Position numbers and translations under genes: made by a program | NCBI GenBank assembly: GCA_028279645.1 | Contig: JANQNJ010000023.1 | Span: 11,754-35,753 of the forward strand | From: Thermoplasmatota archaeon | GTDB lineage: Archaea; Thermoplasmatota; JAKEGO01; JANQNJ01 | Length of the DNA stretch: 24,000 bases | Direction: 5' to 3' | In this document: positions 8,164 to 16,076 of the stretch, one piece after another | Position numbering within the stretch: position 1 is the first letter of the stretch | Layout of the letters: every line of letters begins with the position of its first letter | The notes under the pieces: generated by a model | What the model saw: the letters and a program-made list of their open reading frames with translations, nothing else | Database searches by the model: none | What the model was told of the DNA's origin: nothing

Positions 8164-11100
8164 TTACTCGGTGTTATCTGAGTAACACCGCTTAAGCCGC
8201 CCTTCCTTCTCCAGTCTGACCTTCCCCACCCTTTCCAGCATCTTGATATTATAATTAACAGTCTGCTGCGGCTTCTCCAATGTCTTGGCCACTTCCTTCT
8301 GGAAGATGCCGGGATGATCCTCGATCAGCTTGATTATGTCGACCTGGAGGTCGGTCAGTCGGAACTTCTCCTCCTCGGGGAACTTCATTCCTGTGATGTA
8401 GAACGCTTTGTAGCGCAAGCCCTCGGTCCGTGATTTTATCAAGCCCATTTTCTCCATTGTGTAGAGATGGTGAGAGAGGGTTCCGTTGGTGATCCCAAGG
8501 GCTCTCTTAAGCTTTCCATAATGGGAGCCGGGGAAGGCGGTGAGGTATCCGTAGATCTGTCCGCGGACGAAGTTGTCGAGGACCTCGTCCTTGGAACGTT
8601 CCTTCATACGGGCATAGGCTGCCAATGCACCCGCGAACAAGGCGTATCGTCCTGTCTCTGTCGCTAGAAACATGAGAAAGAGGGATGCGCCGATCCCGGC
8701 CCCGATCGGGATGATCGGGAGTGCGGAATCGGATCCGCCTCCTTCCTGACCTCCATTGCCGCCGCCGCCATTCGAGGAGGTGGTCTTGTTCACATTCAGG
8801 GTGACCGAGGATATATTGGAATAGTGTATGCCATCGAAGGACCGGAGATCGATAGTTACTGATCCGTTGGGTAGCATAGACGATTTGAGATTCAAACTCC
8901 AGTTCGATGTTCCCGATACCGCTTTCCAGGTCCCGTTATCTATTCTGTACTGGACGATCTGCAGGAATCTGTTGTCGGAGGCAGAGCCTTCGATAGTGAC
9001 ATTGCCGGTAACGACCGTTCCGTTCATTGGTCCGTCGATGGAGACCGTTGGCGGTTCGGAATCCCAGGCATAGGTCTTTTCGGTCAGGGGATACCTGTCA
9101 GTGTTGTTCTTAGGGGTGTCCAATGGCACATACCCGATGACATAAGGGACCTCGCCGATCCCGTCGTTGTTGATATCGTAACCCGTGTAATCGGACCAGT
9201 AGTTCCCGATCGTTCCATTGTCCCAGTAATTCTTGCCGTCCCCGCCCTCTGCCGCCTGAGAAGTGAGGTTGCCGGAATTGCCGTAGAACTGATTATTGTA
9301 TACAACGGTGCCCGTGCTCTGACCGATCTCAACACCCAGATCGTTATCGGAGATCAAACAACGGGTCACGGTGATGTTATCTGCCCTGTAGATATAGATC
9401 CCAGATTCGGTGTTGTTGTGAACATAGCACCCATCGACCACGATCTTGATCTTGGTCCTATAGAACCTTAATCCTGAATAGTCATTGTGCGAAGCCTCAC
9501 AAGAAGTGATCGAGACATTGTCCATGTCCCCATCGAATTCAAAACCATAGTATCCAGTGTTCGAGGCAAGGCACTCCTGAACGGTCAGATTCGAGCAATC
9601 CCTTAGGTCGAAACCTGTGTTGTTCGTGCCGTTCACGCGGACATTCTGGATCTTGGTGTCATTACAATTCGCGATGACGATTCCGCGGATGTGTTCTCCG
9701 CTGCCATCGACAGAGATATTTAATAATGTGACATGATCGGACCTGGAGATCTCCAATCCGCCAAGTGAGTTATTGAGCACGACATCTTCAATAACGACCT
9801 TATCAGAAAATGAGATGTCTACACCGTACCAGCTGCCGCTGATATTTGTATTCGATATCGAGATATCGTTCGACCGATATCCGGAGATACCAGATTCCTG
9901 CAATGTGGCTGAAGAGACCATGATGTTATCGCTCTCATAGATACTGATCCCTGTGGACGATATACCACTATCTATCAAATGGTTGCAATTAATGATCGAA
10001 ACGTGTGAGCTGTAATCGATGTTGACAGCAATCTGTGTATCGTCGAAGAGAACGTCATCGATGTCCACATAGGAAGATCTATCAAGATCGATGCCGATCC
10101 GGTTCCTGACGAATTCATTCCTCTTCAAGGTGATGTAGGAACCATTTGCAGTTATTCCAAAGGAGGCGTTAATGATCTTCACATCATTGATCTTACAATG
10201 ATCGCCGTTTATCTCGATGGCATCATTACGAGGGTCATCGTTATGATATTCAATGACCAGGTCCGTGATGGAACATTGATCGGTTTCCACGTTGATGATC
10301 GTAATATTCTCGATCCCTGACAGCACTGTATCAGTACCGTTCCCTTTGATCCGCACAGGTATATCGATATTGATCGTCTCACTGTACTGACCGTCATAGA
10401 CAAGGATGAGCTCGCCACCGACCGACGCATTAAGAGCATCACCGATCGTACTGAAGTTCGCTCCAGCCCAGTCGTCATCCACGATCCAGATAGCGGAGGT
10501 TGGTCTAGGATCTGAACCCCCCCAGGGCTCCATCATCGGGTACCTATCGATCACGATGTCCTCTTCAATGATGTGGGGCTGGTCACCGACACCATCGTCG
10601 TCCTCATATGTCCCGCCGTAGGTCGACCAATAATTACCATGGGAGCCGTTGTCTAGGTAAATCACCTCTTCCGAAGAAGAATCGTAGGTGCATTGCTCCC
10701 ACCCATTATTGTTATCGATGAAATTATTGTGATGGATACTATATTCAGTAGAATCACCGACCAATGTTAGACCTTCTCGGCTATTGTTCCGGATAGTGGA
10801 GTTCGTGAGTACCAATTCTTCAACGTAAAGATAGGCTCCAACACCATCATTATCCTCGATAAGGACCCTATCCATTAGGACAGGATCTGACCACATCATG
10901 CTCATACCGCCCCAATCGTTCCCTGTAACCGTTATATTTTCCATTGTTATCGAGGAATCGTCTATTTCGCATCCGTAACGATAGTTGACAGATAGCGTCG
11001 CGTTTTTCAGAGTTCCTAAAGAGCCATCTACCTCTAATCCAGATTCACCATTGAACGAACAATTGATCCAGTTCAATGAGAAATGATCTGTGCGATCAAT

Positions 11101-13722
11101 GAGCAGCCCCTGTTCTTCATTCTCAGAGAAGGTGCAGTTTTCGATCAATAAATTCGTATAATCTCTTGCCATGATCCCGCTCTCACCATTGAACGATATG
11201 TTGGAGTTCCGAACGATCAAGGTGGCATTCGAGCTATAATCTGCTAATAGCCCTTCATTCCTTGAATCGATTATCATGGAATTATTGATCTCGACAAATC
11301 GGGTGTTCTCGATCATGATCCCCTCTCTTCCCGAATCGGTGATCGAAACGTTTTCGATATTAATTTCCTCGCTACGTTCAATTAGCAGCGCTGTGTCTGT
11401 AGTATTTGAGATGGTGAGATCTCGAATCCGTATATCGTTCGATTCGTGTATATACGACCCGTAATAGCTCGAGGGACTATTATCCCCAACGATCGTTAGG
11501 TTCTCACAATAATATATCATAAATTGACCTATATCGCCGATGAATATCTGATCTTGGAGGTTCTGTAACAGGAGGATGCTCGAACCTTCTGTCGATGTAT
11601 TGTGAATATAGTTATCCTCCATCCTGTCGGACCTGAACCCTCCATCGACGGTGCAATTGGAAATTGTATTATAACGCCCCGTGATCTGTATTCCCTCTTG
11701 GACTGTCTTAGTTATTGATGTATTATTTATCAACCCTTGATCAGAATTTGACAAGAGAACGGCTGCTTCCTCACAGCCCGTAATAGTGCAGTTCTCGATT
11801 GTGATCCGATCGCTGCTGGACCCATATATGGCTCTCAATGAAATGTTCAAGAACGAAGAATTTGAGATGAGGATATCATTGCATCGATACATTTTGATCG
11901 GTCTGGCTATATTCTCCAACGCCAAGGATTCGATCGAGATGTTGTGGCAGTCGTACATGATGAGCTGGCCGACCTCATTTCCGATGGCACTGTTGTTCTT
12001 TTCCTTCAAAATGACGAGAGGCCTGTCTTGAACGGTACAGTTATCAAGTGTGTATGTGTCTGAGTAATCAAGAGAAAATCCCATTGTTGTGGAACAATTC
12101 ACTAATGTGATCTCCTCTCCCAGCGAGATGATCACATCATCCCTTCCATTATCAAAAAATGAACAATTATTTATTGCCACATTATCGGTCAGCCGGATGT
12201 AAATGCCCTCCTCACTGTTGCTATAGACCTGGCTGTCCGATAAGGTAACTGAGTCGGAATGATCACACCTTAATCCAAGTGTACCATTCGATAGTGATGT
12301 CCCCTGGATATCGATGGACTCGGCCTCTTCAATAAAGATGCAATAAGATTCAGCCTGAACATCAAGTTCCTGGAAACTGAACTGGCTCCCGTTGATAATA
12401 AATATTCCGAATGAAGTTCCCTCGATCGAGCAGTTGGATATTGTTACTCGTTCGCATCCAGCTAGGTACATTCCATGGTACCCTCCAATCACCGACCAGT
12501 TAGAGATCTCTATGTCGGTGCAGTTAAGGAGGATCACCTGGCCTTCTCCACCATCCAACTGAATATTTGATCGTTTCTTTAGAAACGTGATCGGGTCACC
12601 CTTGAGGGAGCAGTTATCGATCTTATCGATATTAACAACGGTCCAATATGCCATTCCACTGTTGAATGAGCAGTCAACGAAGGAAAAAGATTCGCGACCT
12701 CTCGAATCGATGTCTATCCCTGAATTATTGAACGTACAGTTGCTGGCGAAGATCTCTTTGGCATTGTCCCGTATACCCTCCAGGGATCCGGTGATGATAC
12801 AATCGTACAGTTCTAAGTTCGAATCGCTTGGTGAGATGCCGTATTCATGATTATCGATCAGTACCGTGTTCGTCATCTCGATGTTAGATCGGCTTACTAT
12901 GAGTCCTGCTTTAAAGTGACCAATGTACGAGTCGGTGATCGAGCCGGTGATGATGTCTCTCATCCGTATGCCGATTCCGGTGCTGTTTGTCACGGTTACA
13001 TTCGAGATCGTCATCCTAGAAGCAGTGTAAATACCTGCAAAATCACCTCGGATATCCGATGCAGATACGTTGGTGACGATCACTTCATCGTTCCCGGAAA
13101 GGATCATGCTCCTCCCGCCATCGAACTGGCAGTCATCAATGGTCACACTATCTGAATCATAGACCCGGACATTGAAATCGGAAGATGAGAACATACTTTG
13201 CTCGATCGATATGTTCCCGCCGTTCCAAACCCATAGAGTACTGTCGCCACCGATATCAGAGGTTCCGGCCGACATATTGCAGTTCCTGAACGTAAGGTCG
13301 CCTGAATAAAGCGCTCGGAAACCGTGACCTGCTGAGTTCACAGTGAGGTTTGAAAAAAGACCAAGGTCTACATACCATAGTTCGATGCCAAATTCCTTTC
13401 TTCCTGAGGATATTGAAAAACCATCCAGTTGGAAAAATGATGCATTTACATCAAGCGTCTTCCCAGTGGATTCGATCTCCGACAGACCGGAACCATTTCC
13501 GATCAGTGATAGGTTCCGATCTACGACGACCTGTTCATGATACCGGCCATCATAGACCCTAATGACGTCATCGGGATCCGCACTGTCCACTGCATCCTGT
13601 ATCCGGTCGAAATCCGCACCTGCCCAGTCATCATCCACAATCCAGGTCCTTCCCCCGCACCCACCTACCACCATTACTAGAATAAGGAAAAGACCTCCCA
13701 TGATATACGCATAATACCTCAT
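8164..13722 (-). CDS. Giant surface beta-helix protein with C-terminal TM anchor and cytoplasmic double winged-helix module, paralog B (1852 aa)
   Basis: Complete ORF in the track. The N-terminus is MRYYAYIMGGLFLILVMVVGGCGGRTWIVDDDWAGADF. One very long beta-helix module of roughly 1000 aa carries dozens of coils marked by .NC(S/T). and ends at HGNYWSTYGGTYEDDDGVGDQP...DRYPMM. A second module starts at AIWIVDDDWAGANF and ends at GNYWSDYTGYDINNDGIGEVPY...DRYPL. Then come an Ig-like stalk (PPTVSIDGPMNGTVVTGNVTIEGSASDNR...), a Gly-rich linker, the TM segment LPIIPIGAGIGASLFLMFLATETGRYALFAGALAAY, and a double wHTH tail. Confidence 0.9.
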   Translation of the reverse strand: MRYYAYIMGGLFLILVMVVGGCGGRTWIVDDDWAGADFDRIQDAVDSADPDDVIRVYDGRYHEQVVVDRNLSLIGNGSGLSEIESTGKTLDVNASFFQLDGFSISSGRKEFGIELWYVDLGLFSNLTVNSAGHGFRALYSGDLTFRNCNMSAGTSDIGGDSTLWVWNGGNISIEQSMFSSSDFNVRVYDSDSVTIDDCQFDGGRSMILSGNDEVIVTNVSASDIRGDFAGIYTASRMTISNVTVTNSTGIGIRMRDIITGSITDSYIGHFKAGLIVSRSNIEMTNTVLIDNHEYGISPSDSNLELYDCIITGSLEGIRDNAKEIFASNCTFNNSGIDIDSRGRESFSFVDCSFNSGMAYWTVVNIDKIDNCSLKGDPITFLKKRSNIQLDGGEGQVILLNCTDIEISNWSVIGGYHGMYLAGCERVTISNCSIEGTSFGIFIINGSQFSFQELDVQAESYCIFIEEAESIDIQGTSLSNGTLGLRCDHSDSVTLSDSQVYSNSEEGIYIRLTDNVAINNCSFFDNGRDDVIISLGEEITLVNCSTTMGFSLDYSDTYTLDNCTVQDRPLVILKEKNNSAIGNEVGQLIMYDCHNISIESLALENIARPIKMYRCNDILISNSSFLNISLRAIYGSSSDRITIENCTITGCEEAAVLLSNSDQGLINNTSITKTVQEGIQITGRYNTISNCTVDGGFRSDRMEDNYIHNTSTEGSSILLLQNLQDQIFIGDIGQFMIYYCENLTIVGDNSPSSYYGSYIHESNDIRIRDLTISNTTDTALLIERSEEINIENVSITDSGREGIMIENTRFVEINNSMIIDSRNEGLLADYSSNATLIVRNSNISFNGESGIMARDYTNLLIENCTFSENEEQGLLIDRTDHFSLNWINCSFNGESGLEVDGSLGTLKNATLSVNYRYGCEIDDSSITMENITVTGNDWGGMSMMWSDPVLMDRVLIEDNDGVGAYLYVEELVLTNSTIRNNSREGLTLVGDSTEYSIHHNNFIDNNNGWEQCTYDSSSEEVIYLDNGSHGNYWSTYGGTYEDDDGVGDQPHIIEEDIVIDRYPMMEPWGGSDPRPTSAIWIVDDDWAGANFSTIGDALNASVGGELILVYDGQYSETINIDIPVRIKGNGTDTVLSGIENITIINVETDQCSITDLVIEYHNDDPRNDAIEINGDHCKINDVKIINASFGITANGSYITLKRNEFVRNRIGIDLDRSSYVDIDDVLFDDTQIAVNIDYSSHVSIINCNHLIDSGISSTGISIYESDNIMVSSATLQESGISGYRSNDISISNTNISGSWYGVDISFSDKVVIEDVVLNNSLGGLEISRSDHVTLLNISVDGSGEHIRGIVIANCNDTKIQNVRVNGTNNTGFDLRDCSNLTVQECLASNTGYYGFEFDGDMDNVSITSCEASHNDYSGLRFYRTKIKIVVDGCYVHNNTESGIYIYRADNITVTRCLISDNDLGVEIGQSTGTVVYNNQFYGNSGNLTSQAAEGGDGKNYWDNGTIGNYWSDYTGYDINNDGIGEVPYVIGYVPLDTPKNNTDRYPLTEKTYAWDSEPPTVSIDGPMNGTVVTGNVTIEGSASDNRFLQIVQYRIDNGTWKAVSGTSNWSLNLKSSMLPNGSVTIDLRSFDGIHYSNISSVTLNVNKTTSSNGGGGNGGQEGGGSDSALPIIPIGAGIGASLFLMFLATETGRYALFAGALAAYARMKERSKDEVLDNFVRGQIYGYLTAFPGSHYGKLKRALGITNGTLSHHLYTMEKMGLIKSRTEGLRYKAFYITGMKFPEEEKFRLTDLQVDIIKLIEDHPGIFQKEVAKTLEKPQQTVNYNIKMLERVGKVRLEKEGRLKRCYSDNTE
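8167..8724 (-). other. TM segment (about 8614-8724) plus 149-aa cytoplasmic tandem winged-helix tail (8167-8613) of paralog B
   Basis: The tail ARMKERSKDEVLDNFVRGQIYGYLTAFPGSHYGKLKRALGITNGTLSHHLYTMEKMGLIKSRTEGLRYKAFYITG...LTDLQVDIIKLIEDHPGIFQKEVAKTLEKPQQTVNYNIKMLERVGKVRLEKEGRLKRCY aligns with the paralog A tail without gaps. By hand count, 110 of 149 residues are identical. Confidence 0.7.
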
Positions 13723-13812
13723 TGATTGCTCCTCCTGTTGCAGCCGAAGGGGGCGTCGATCATCTTTTATCCCCAGTGTATATCATTCGATGGACACCTC
13801 CGGATAAATACG
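13719..13812 (-). promoter_or_regulatory. Promoter and conserved leader of paralog B: TATA-like box, ATGATATACAC motif, uORF, SD-like GGAGGAG
   Basis: The minus strand reads CGTATTTATCC (plus 13802-13812), then about 20 nt later ATGATATACACTGGGGATAAAAGATGATCGACGCCCCCTTCGGCTGCAACAGGAGGAGCAATCAATG. The uORF (13763-13719) encodes MIDAPFGCNRRSNQ. Its TGA (13721-13719) overlaps the main ATG (13722-13720). Confidence 0.5.
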
Positions 13813-13890
13813 AGTTGGTACTTCTTTCGGTATTTTACTTAAGGATTTTGGTGGTGAAAGATCGATATCAGGCTTCTCTGGTCGCCTAGA

Positions 13891-13904
13891 AAAGGTATAT
13901 ATCC
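13891..13904 (+). promoter_or_regulatory. BRE/TATA-like box for the transporter gene (divergent from the paralog B promoter)
   Basis: AAAGGTATATATCC is centred about 27 nt upstream of GTG 13926. That spacing fits a leaderless or near-leaderless archaeal transcript and supports the GTG start. Confidence 0.45.
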
Positions 13905-13925
13905 GCCCTCTGCCTACCCCGAAAC

Positions 13926-15995
13926 GTGGTTCCCGACATCGATGAGGATCAGCCGAAGGGACAGGGTCATCCATCGACTTCCGACAGGAGCGAGGATGCT
14001 CCCTACACTTCTTCAAGCGACAGCGGTTACGACCTGAAGCAGGAGAACGGCGATCCCGGCTACTACGACCAGGACGACGCTGCATTCTCCGAGGGTGAAC
14101 CACCCAAGGAGCCGGCTTACGACGAGGACGAGAAGAAGGAGACCCTCTTCAACCAGTTCCCCAAGAACTTCTGGGTGATCAACGCCCTGGAGCTGTTCGA
14201 GAGGGGCGCGTACTACGGGACCATGGCCATCCTGGCGGTGCATATCCACGACAATCTGGACTACTCTGCCAGCGAGACCGGTCTGCTTCTCAGCATCATG
14301 CTGACATTATTGTACTTCGTCCCGCTCATTGCGGCGGCGTTCGCGGAGAAGATCGGGTACAAACGCACCCTGATCTTTGCCTTCGCTGCGATGGCCGTCG
14401 GGTACACGATGTACAGCGCCGTAAGTCAATTTGCGCTGTTGATCGTGAGCATCCTCTTTCTTGGGATCGGAGCGGGCACGTTCAAACCGATCATATCGGC
14501 GAGCATCGCCAAGATCACCCGAGAGGACCAGCGGAACCAGGCCTTCTCCATCTACTACTGGATGATCAACCTCGGCGCCCTGTTGGTGCCCTGGACCTTT
14601 GCGTTCTTCAGCGGCGCGAACATCTTTGATCCGGAGACCAACGCCGAGTACGTGTTCCTGGGTTCGACCATGCTCGTGGGCATCAACCTGTTCATAACGT
14701 TCACCATGCTTGAGGACCCGTCCCCCCCGAACCCCAAGAAGGATATCTTCGATTCATTGAGGAACCTGACCGTGGTCGCAAGGGACAGACGGTTCTTCAT
14801 CCTTCTTCTTATCTATTCCGGATTCTGGTTCATGTTCGCCATGTGCCACTCCTACCTCCCGCTGTACATGGTGCATTTCCTCGAGATGCCGGATTATTTC
14901 TCGGTGTTCCTGCTTGCAGGGTTCAATCCTCTGACGATAGTCATTGCCGGTCCCTTCCTGAGCACCCAGGTCAAAAAGTACGACTCGCTCAAACTGATGA
15001 TAACCGGCATGGCGATATTCTGCATAGGCCTTGTGATCCTCGGGTTCACCACGATGCCTGCATTGTTCATCGCGGGCATCATCATCTTCTCCCTGGGGGA
15101 GTTCATCACTCATCCAAACTTCATTGCTTACGTTTCCAAGATCGCTCCCAAGGACAAGGTGGCCATCTACATGGGCTATGCCTTCCTGCCATCCGGGATC
15201 GGATACGTCCTGGGTGCAGGGGTAGGCGGAGTGCTCTTCGGATCGGTGGCGGAGGGATGGGAGAGGCCCAAGGTGTTCTGGGCCATCGTCACCTGCATCG
15301 GCCTCGCGACGATAATGCTGTTCACCCTATACGACAGGAAGATGCGCAAGGAGGGGGTCGTGGAGGCGGTCGAGGCGGAGCCTGTCGCTGCCGAGGAAGC
15401 TCCCGGGAAGTTCAGCTCGTTCTCAATGAGCACCGACGTCGTAGCATTGATCGCCGTGATCATGATCCCGGTAGTGTTGTTCGCAGCAATGGGAGCGGGA
15501 ACCAACGCTTACATCGAAACGGACAAGGATGACGGCCCATCAAAGGGAAAAGGCAAGGGAGGTCCCGATCCCGACGAGGTGTTCAAGTTCTCGGAAACCA
15601 ACACGGGCAACCTCAACGAGCAGGAGAGCACGACCCTGAACTACAGTACAGGAGGGTACAACATACGTGCAACGTTCATCCTCACTTGGACGGACGAACC
15701 TGACAACGGTGTTCCAACCTACGAGAACGAAGGAGACACGTTCACGCTCGAGGTCATCGGTCCGGGCAACAACAGGGACTCGGATACAGCCACCAATGAG
15801 CACGATCAGGAGGGGCGCATCGAGCTTACCTTCGAGATCGGTGAGAAGGAATCGATACCGGGAGGCTGGAACGCCACGGTCACCCTAGATGAGGCCGGTG
15901 ATCAGAGCGCATTTGGCGGGGGTACCGGCGTCGTCTTCATCGACGACAGCAACGACTACACCCTCGATGTTGAGATTGAGTACTTGCTGGAGTGA
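13926..15995 (+). CDS. MFS transporter of the POT/PTR2 (proton-dependent oligopeptide transporter)-like type, with an acidic N-terminal extension and an extra C-terminal TM plus extracellular domain
   Basis: ELFERGAYYG (nt 14190-14216) matches the POT signature ExxERFxYYG. GAGTFKPIISASIAKI and FSIYYWMINLGALL match the second POT motif region (KPN... / FYxxINxG). About 12 hydrophobic helices span aa 80-470. There is no in-frame ATG before the ExxER motif, so the GTG at 13926 is the likely start. Confidence 0.7.
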   Translation: MVPDIDEDQPKGQGHPSTSDRSEDAPYTSSSDSGYDLKQENGDPGYYDQDDAAFSEGEPPKEPAYDEDEKKETLFNQFPKNFWVINALELFERGAYYGTMAILAVHIHDNLDYSASETGLLLSIMLTLLYFVPLIAAAFAEKIGYKRTLIFAFAAMAVGYTMYSAVSQFALLIVSILFLGIGAGTFKPIISASIAKITREDQRNQAFSIYYWMINLGALLVPWTFAFFSGANIFDPETNAEYVFLGSTMLVGINLFITFTMLEDPSPPNPKKDIFDSLRNLTVVARDRRFFILLLIYSGFWFMFAMCHSYLPLYMVHFLEMPDYFSVFLLAGFNPLTIVIAGPFLSTQVKKYDSLKLMITGMAIFCIGLVILGFTTMPALFIAGIIIFSLGEFITHPNFIAYVSKIAPKDKVAIYMGYAFLPSGIGYVLGAGVGGVLFGSVAEGWERPKVFWAIVTCIGLATIMLFTLYDRKMRKEGVVEAVEAEPVAAEEAPGKFSSFSMSTDVVALIAVIMIPVVLFAAMGAGTNAYIETDKDDGPSKGKGKGGPDPDEVFKFSETNTGNLNEQESTTLNYSTGGYNIRATFILTWTDEPDNGVPTYENEGDTFTLEVIGPGNNRDSDTATNEHDQEGRIELTFEIGEKESIPGGWNATVTLDEAGDQSAFGGGTGVVFIDDSNDYTLDVEIEYLLE

Positions 15996-16076
15996 ACAGC
16001 AGCTGCCGGGAAAATGCTTGAAGAGAGATCGTAGCTATTAATTGGAGCATCAAGTTATTGCATCAACGGATGTGCT

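Noticed and set aside
5057-13562. Numerous 60-100 aa track ORFs on either strand inside paralogs A and B (for example 5057-5293, 6969-7244, 7708-7971, 9084-9335, 10209-10478, 12847-13155)
   Set aside because: They are nested in or antisense to the giant ORFs and have no motifs. This is the expected by-product of long biased-composition genes.
13740-13760. A C(UUCG)G tetraloop hairpin in the conserved leader (GCCCCCTTCGGCTGC)
   Set aside because: Only 1-2 flanking base pairs can form. Paralog A has TTTG at the same place, so the tetraloop reading is not conserved.
13783-14103. 106-aa minus ORF spanning the divergent promoter region and the transporter N-terminus
   Set aside because: It is Arg/Pro-rich, overlaps the promoter boxes of two supported genes, and is antisense to the transporter start.
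14013-15888. Alternative-frame and antisense ORFs inside the transporter (14843-15532 at 229 aa, 14754-15113, 15176-15505, 15540-15803 and others)
   Set aside because: These are R/G/H/P-rich translations typical of off-frame reading of GC-rich coding sequence. The POT-motif frame explains the region.
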